DNA of 9,973 nucleotides from a virus (Duplodnaviria; Heunggongvirae; Uroviricota; Caudoviricetes): IMG/VR virus record IMGVR_UViG_2645727991_000023, positions 1 to 9,973 of that record; one strand, 5' to 3'. Shown piece by piece: positions 5,864 to 9,973 of this stretch (position 1 is its first letter; each line of letters starts with the position of its first letter). The notes under the pieces were generated by a model. It saw only the letters and a program-made list of their open reading frames with translations, ran no database searches and was not told where the DNA came from. The position numbers and the translations under genes were made by a program.

Positions 5864-7738
5864 ATGAGTAAAGTCTTTATTTGCGCCGCCATTCCGGACG
5901 AACAGGCAATAAAGGAAGAAGGTGCAGTCGCTGTAGCTACTGCCATTGAAGCCGGTGATGAACGTCGCGCCCGCGCAAAATTTCACTGGCAATTCCTGGA
6001 ACATTATCCGGCTGCTCAGGACTGCGCTTATAAATTTCTTGTCTGCGAGGATAAACCCGGTATACCCCGCCCTGCCCTCGATTCCTGGGATGCTGAATAT
6101 ATGCAGGAAAACCGCTGGGATGAGGCGTCTGCTTCCTTTGTCCCGGTTGAGACTGAATCAGATCCGATGAACGTCACTTTTGACAAGCTGGCCCCTGAAG
6201 TACAGAACGCTGTCATGGTTAAGTTCGACACATGTGAAAACATCACCGTTGATATGGCGATTGACGCGCAGGAATTACTGCAAGAAGACGTGGCTACCTT
6301 TGACGGGCACATCGTTGAAGCACTGATGAAAACGCCTGAAATTAACGCTATGTATCCGGAACGCAAACTGTTCGCTATCGGATGGGTTAAACACAAATGT
6401 AAGCCGGGTACCAAATGGCCCGAAATTCAGGCTGAATTACGTAACTGGAAAAAACGGCAGGACGCAGAGCGCAAAGAGACTGGAAAATACACGTCTGTTG
6501 TTGATCTTGCCCGCGCCAAAGCCAACCGACAGCACACTGAAAACCCAGCAGAAAAAATCCCTCCTGTAACTGCCGCCATTCATCGCGAATACAAGCAGAC
6601 ATGGAAAACCCTGGGCAGGGAGCTGGCCTACTATCTCTGGCCTGGTGATGCGGATGCCGGAAACATTGACGGCAGCATCCTTCGCTGGGCTAAAAATGAA
6701 GTTATCGCCAGAGATCGCGAAGACTGGAAGCGCATCTCCGCATCAATGCGCAAACAACCTGATGCGCTTCGCTACAGCCGCCAGACTATTTTTGGCCTTG
6801 TCCGTGAACGCCCGATCGACATTCACAAAGATCCCGTGGCACTGAACAAATACATCACTGAATACCTGACTACAAAGGGCGTGTTTGAAGATGACGAAGG
6901 AACAAATCAGGGCACAGCTAATACTCTCTCGTCGCCAGTACCAGAAACTGACGCAGTGGAAACGGCAATTCAGGACAACGAAAAAACCGAATGCAAAGTG
7001 GAAGTCGAATCATCTGTAGAGCGTGAGGGGCCGTTCTACTTCCTCTTCAGCGACAAGGATGGCGAAAAATACGGTCGTGCAAACAAACTTTCTGGTCTGA
7101 ATAAGGCGCTGGCTGCAGGGGCTACTGAAATCACGAAAGAAGAATATTTTGCCCGCAAAAACGGTACATACTCAGGTTCACAACAAAATACTGGTGCATC
7201 TGACACGATCGCACAACCGGAGCCGGTAAAAGTTACCGCTGACGAAGTAAACAAAATTATGCAGGCAGCCAATATCAGCCAGCCTGACGCCGATAAGTTG
7301 CTTGCTGTATCACGTGGTGAATTTGTTGCAGGGATTAGCGACCCGAATGATCCGAAATGGGTGAAGGAGATTGAAACCCGCGATTCAGTGAATCAGAACC
7401 AGCAAGAAACGGAACAGAACGACCAGAAAGCGGAACAAAACAGCCCAAATGCGTTACAAAACGAGCCAGAAACGAAACAATCCGAACCAGTAGTGCAACA
7501 GGAACCGGAAAAAGTCTGCACCGCCTGCGGTCAGAGCGGTGGCGGCAACTGCCCCGATTGTGGCGCTGTCTGGGCAACGCAACATACCAGGAAACATTCG
7601 ATGAAGAGAATCAGGTTGAAGCTCAGGAGAATGATCCGGAGGAAATGGAAGGCGCTGAACATCCACACAAGGAGAACACTGGCGGCAATCAGCATCACGC
7701 CAGCGATAGTGAAACTGGCGAGGCGGCAGATCCCTTAA
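5864..7738 (+). CDS. Large acidic early-operon protein (624-aa ORF as read); the last ~55 codons appear out of frame
   Basis: GAGG 10 nt upstream of the ATG. Long ORF with protein-like composition through CTACGQSGGGNCPDCG (CxxC-x7-CxxC) to about 7573; after that the frame turns into an R/K-rich tail typical of out-of-frame reading. A segment (...LLAVSRGEFVAGISDPNDPKWVK...) vaguely recalls RecE-family proteins; unverified. Confidence 0.6.
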   Translation: MSKVFICAAIPDEQAIKEEGAVAVATAIEAGDERRARAKFHWQFLEHYPAAQDCAYKFLVCEDKPGIPRPALDSWDAEYMQENRWDEASASFVPVETESDPMNVTFDKLAPEVQNAVMVKFDTCENITVDMAIDAQELLQEDVATFDGHIVEALMKTPEINAMYPERKLFAIGWVKHKCKPGTKWPEIQAELRNWKKRQDAERKETGKYTSVVDLARAKANRQHTENPAEKIPPVTAAIHREYKQTWKTLGRELAYYLWPGDADAGNIDGSILRWAKNEVIARDREDWKRISASMRKQPDALRYSRQTIFGLVRERPIDIHKDPVALNKYITEYLTTKGVFEDDEGTNQGTANTLSSPVPETDAVETAIQDNEKTECKVEVESSVEREGPFYFLFSDKDGEKYGRANKLSGLNKALAAGATEITKEEYFARKNGTYSGSQQNTGASDTIAQPEPVKVTADEVNKIMQAANISQPDADKLLAVSRGEFVAGISDPNDPKWVKEIETRDSVNQNQQETEQNDQKAEQNSPNALQNEPETKQSEPVVQQEPEKVCTACGQSGGGNCPDCGAVWATQHTRKHSMKRIRLKLRRMIRRKWKALNIHTRRTLAAISITPAIVKLARRQIP

Positions 7739-7794
7739 TTAAGGTGAATGGTCATCACAATCTCACATCCACCAGCAGAGCGGGGATTCATCTG

Positions 7795-8337
7795 ATGATC
7801 GACATTGAAACCATGGGAAAAAATCCCAATGCCGCGATTATCTCAATAGGCGCAATATTTTTCGATCCACAAACCGGAGATATGGGACCGGAATTTAGCA
7901 AGACCATCGATCTGGATACTGCTGGCGGAGTTATTGATCGTGACGTCATTAAATGGTGGCTGAAGCAATCACGTGAAGCGCAGTCTGCCATTCTGACCGA
8001 TGAAATCCCGTTAGATGATGCACTACTGCAATTGCGGGAATTTATCGCCGAAAACTCCGGTGAATTTTTTGTTCAGGTCTGGGGAAATGGAGCCAACTTC
8101 GACAACGTGATTTTACGCCGTTCATACGAACGGCAGGGGATCCCCTGCCCCTGGCACTACCACAACGATCGCGATGTACGCACAATCGTTGAGCTAGGGA
8201 AAGCCATAGACTTCGATGCCAGAACAGCTATCCCATTCGAAGGTGAGCGCCACAATGCACTTGATGACGCCCGTTACCAGGCAAAATACGTTTCAGCTAT
8301 CTGGCAAAAACTGATCCCGAGTCAGGCTGATTTTTAA
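7795..8337 (+). CDS. DnaQ-like DEDDh 3'-5' exonuclease domain protein (181 aa if initiated at ATG 7795)
   Basis: Exo I MIDIETMG, Exo II NGANFDNVI and Exo III HNALDDARYQAKY parallel the DNA polymerase III epsilon motifs. The frame is open upstream to 7375 with acidic protein-like sequence, so this may be the C-terminal domain of the upstream ORF. Confidence 0.75.
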   Translation: MIDIETMGKNPNAAIISIGAIFFDPQTGDMGPEFSKTIDLDTAGGVIDRDVIKWWLKQSREAQSAILTDEIPLDDALLQLREFIAENSGEFFVQVWGNGANFDNVILRRSYERQGIPCPWHYHNDRDVRTIVELGKAIDFDARTAIPFEGERHNALDDARYQAKYVSAIWQKLIPSQADF

Positions 8338-8406
8338 TGTTCAACCATCGCCGGTTGTGACTGGTATTCTGCAACCGGCCCTCATCTGATGTAAGAGATA
8401 AAAGCG

Positions 8407-8658
8407 ATGAGCGAAGTAATCATGATTGTCTCTCCCGGTAAATGGGTATCTGAAGAACAGCTAATTGCACTGAAAGGAATAAAAAAGGGAACGCTAAAAA
8501 AAGCCAGAGAAAAATCGTTTATGGAAGGAAGGGAATATAAGCATGTCGCCCATGACTGTATGCCATGGGATAACAGCCCATGCTTTTACAACCTGGAAGA
8601 AATAGATCGCTGGATTGAACGCCAGGCATCAGCAAGACCAAGGCGTCATCTTACTTGA
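8407..8658 (+). CDS. Excisionase-like protein (Xis)
   Basis: 83-aa ORF immediately upstream of the integrase, with 19 nt between them. Small basic DNA-binding-like protein, typical position for xis. Family assignment is by context. Confidence 0.65.
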   Translation: MSEVIMIVSPGKWVSEEQLIALKGIKKGTLKKAREKSFMEGREYKHVAHDCMPWDNSPCFYNLEEIDRWIERQASARPRRHLT

Positions 8659-8677
8659 GTAAAAACAATACTAACCA

Positions 8678-9973
8678 ATGAGAGAAGCTGAAATGAAATA
8701 TCCGACAGGCGTGGAAAACCATGGTGGGAAATTACGTATCTGGTTTGTTTATAAAGGTGTAAGAGTCCGGGAAAATCTTGGGGTTCCTGACACAGCAAAA
8801 AACAGGCGCATTGCAGGTGAGCTACGCGCCTCTGTTTGTTACGCAATAAAAACTGGCGCTTTCGACTATGCAAAACAGTTTCCCGCCTCACACAATCTGG
8901 AAAAATTTGGTGAGGCCCGACAAGATTTAACCATAAAAGAACTGGCTGAAAAATTTCTGGCACTGAAAGAAACTGAAGTCGCAAAAACGTCACTCAACAC
9001 GTACCGTGCCGTCATCAAAAATATTCTGAGCATAATCGGTGAAAAAAATCTTGCATCATCGATTAATAAAGAAAAATTGCTGGCGGTACGTAAAGAGTTA
9101 CTGACTGGATACCAGATCCCCAAAAGTAACTATATTGTTACACAACCAGGGAGATCGGCTGTTACCGTAAATAATTACATGACAAATCTTTACGCCGTGT
9201 TCCAGTTTGGTGTTGATAACGGTTATCTGGCAGACAATCCATTTAAGGGGATCTCACCATTAAAGGAGTCGAGAACCATCCCGGATCCACTTTCGCGGGA
9301 GGAGTTTATCCGCCTTATTGACGCGTGCAGAAATCAGCAAGCCAAAAATTTATGGTGTGTTTCCGTTTATACTGGGATTCGCCCTGGTGAACTCTGTGCG
9401 CTTGGATGGGAAGATATAGTTCTGAAAAATGGAACAATGATAATCAGAAGAAATCTGGCAAAAGACCGTTTTACAGTACCAAAAACACAGGCGGGAACCA
9501 ATCGTGTGATTCACCTTATTAAGCCCGCAATCGACGCTCTCCGGAGTCAGATGGCACTAACGAGACTGAGTAAAGAGCATATCATCGATGTTCACCTCAG
9601 AGAATTCGGCAGAACAGAGAAACAAAAATGTACCTTTGTTTTTCAACCTGAAGTGTCAGCGAAAGTAAAAAATTATGGTGACCATTTTACCGTTGACTCA
9701 ATAAGGCAGATGTGGGACGCAGCGGTAAAGCGTGCCGGAATCCGCCATCGCAAATCGTATCAGTCGAGACACACTTATGCCTGCTGGTCGTTAACAGCAG
9801 GAGCTAACCCGGCATTCATTGCAAACCAGATGGGCCATGCAGATGCGCAAATGGTGTTTCAGGTGTACGGGAAATGGATGTCAGACAATAATAATGCGCA
9901 GGTAACGCTGTTAAATACACAGTTAAGCGAGTTTGCCCCAACCATGCCCCATAACGAAGCGATGAAAAGTTAA
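8678..9973 (+). CDS. Tyrosine-type site-specific integrase (phage integrase family)
   Basis: 431-aa ORF. C-terminal catalytic box II ...SRHTYACWSLTAGANPAFIANQMGHADAQMVFQVYGKW (R-H...H...Y), with the upstream conserved Arg in GIRPGEL. Last gene of the early-left operon; the att site would lie beyond the window. Confidence 0.9.
   Translation: MREAEMKYPTGVENHGGKLRIWFVYKGVRVRENLGVPDTAKNRRIAGELRASVCYAIKTGAFDYAKQFPASHNLEKFGEARQDLTIKELAEKFLALKETEVAKTSLNTYRAVIKNILSIIGEKNLASSINKEKLLAVRKELLTGYQIPKSNYIVTQPGRSAVTVNNYMTNLYAVFQFGVDNGYLADNPFKGISPLKESRTIPDPLSREEFIRLIDACRNQQAKNLWCVSVYTGIRPGELCALGWEDIVLKNGTMIIRRNLAKDRFTVPKTQAGTNRVIHLIKPAIDALRSQMALTRLSKEHIIDVHLREFGRTEKQKCTFVFQPEVSAKVKNYGDHFTVDSIRQMWDAAVKRAGIRHRKSYQSRHTYACWSLTAGANPAFIANQMGHADAQMVFQVYGKWMSDNNNAQVTLLNTQLSEFAPTMPHNEAMKS

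Larger units (their letters stand above)
5864..8337 (+). pseudogene. Possible frameshift-disrupted fusion gene (large N-terminal region plus DEDDh exonuclease), ~822 aa if the 5-bp duplication at 7574-7583 is removed
   Basis: Tandem GCAAC-GCAAC at 7574-7583. Deleting one copy joins ...CPDCGAVW to ATYQETFDEENQ... in frame. Both flanks have similar acidic, Q-rich composition. Confidence 0.45.

Noticed and set aside
7565-7590. Programmed ribosomal frameshift joining the large ORF to the exonuclease domain
   Set aside because: No slippery heptamer or downstream stimulatory structure is evident, whereas a simple 5-bp tandem duplication explains the frame change exactly.
6028-7666. Several minus-strand or alternative-frame ORFs inside the large plus-strand gene (for example 6028..6414, 7036..7272, 7335..7577, 7454..7666)
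   Set aside because: They are embedded in a long, protein-like plus-strand reading frame and show low-complexity translations.
7558-7794. TTG-initiated start of the exonuclease ORF as listed in the track (7558)
   Set aside because: This upstream stretch is more plausibly the in-frame continuation of the large upstream gene after the 5-bp duplication than an independent N-terminus. If the exonuclease is a separate gene, the ATG at 7795 is the better start.
9900-9973. Attachment site or tRNA at the integrase end
   Set aside because: The window ends at the integrase stop codon, so att and any target tRNA would lie outside it. No tRNA-like cloverleaf was noticed anywhere in the window.

Overview
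This window reads as the immunity/early region of a lambdoid enterobacterial prophage, a Qin/Rac-like mosaic. Calls rest on reading the sequence and on remembered family features; no searches were run. Minus strand (early-right operon, 3390 down to 1): Cro/YdaS-like HTH, YdaT-like protein, replication initiator with a DnaT-like C-terminus and internal iteron arrays, DnaC-like helicase loader, and an HTH-bearing hypothetical protein. Plus strand (early-left operon): a DicA-like repressor with an apparently leaderless start, flanked on both sides by TACC-N4-GGTA operator-like sites; then a dicB-type operon with a small ORF, an antisense Zn-ribbon ORF, a 72-aa YdfC-like ORF, a ~340-nt ORF-free hairpin-dense leader ending in a DicF-like sRNA and terminator, a 62-aa DicB-like ORF and a 63-aa YdfD-like ORF; then a large acidic ORF separated by a 5-bp tandem duplication from a DnaQ-like DEDDh exonuclease domain; then excisionase and tyrosine integrase. 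I found no tRNA, CRISPR array or IS element, and no clear novel defence system. The points most worth follow-up are the frameshifting duplication and the nuclease architecture it disrupts, the antisense Zn-ribbon ORF inside the early-left operon, and the structured DicF precursor region.
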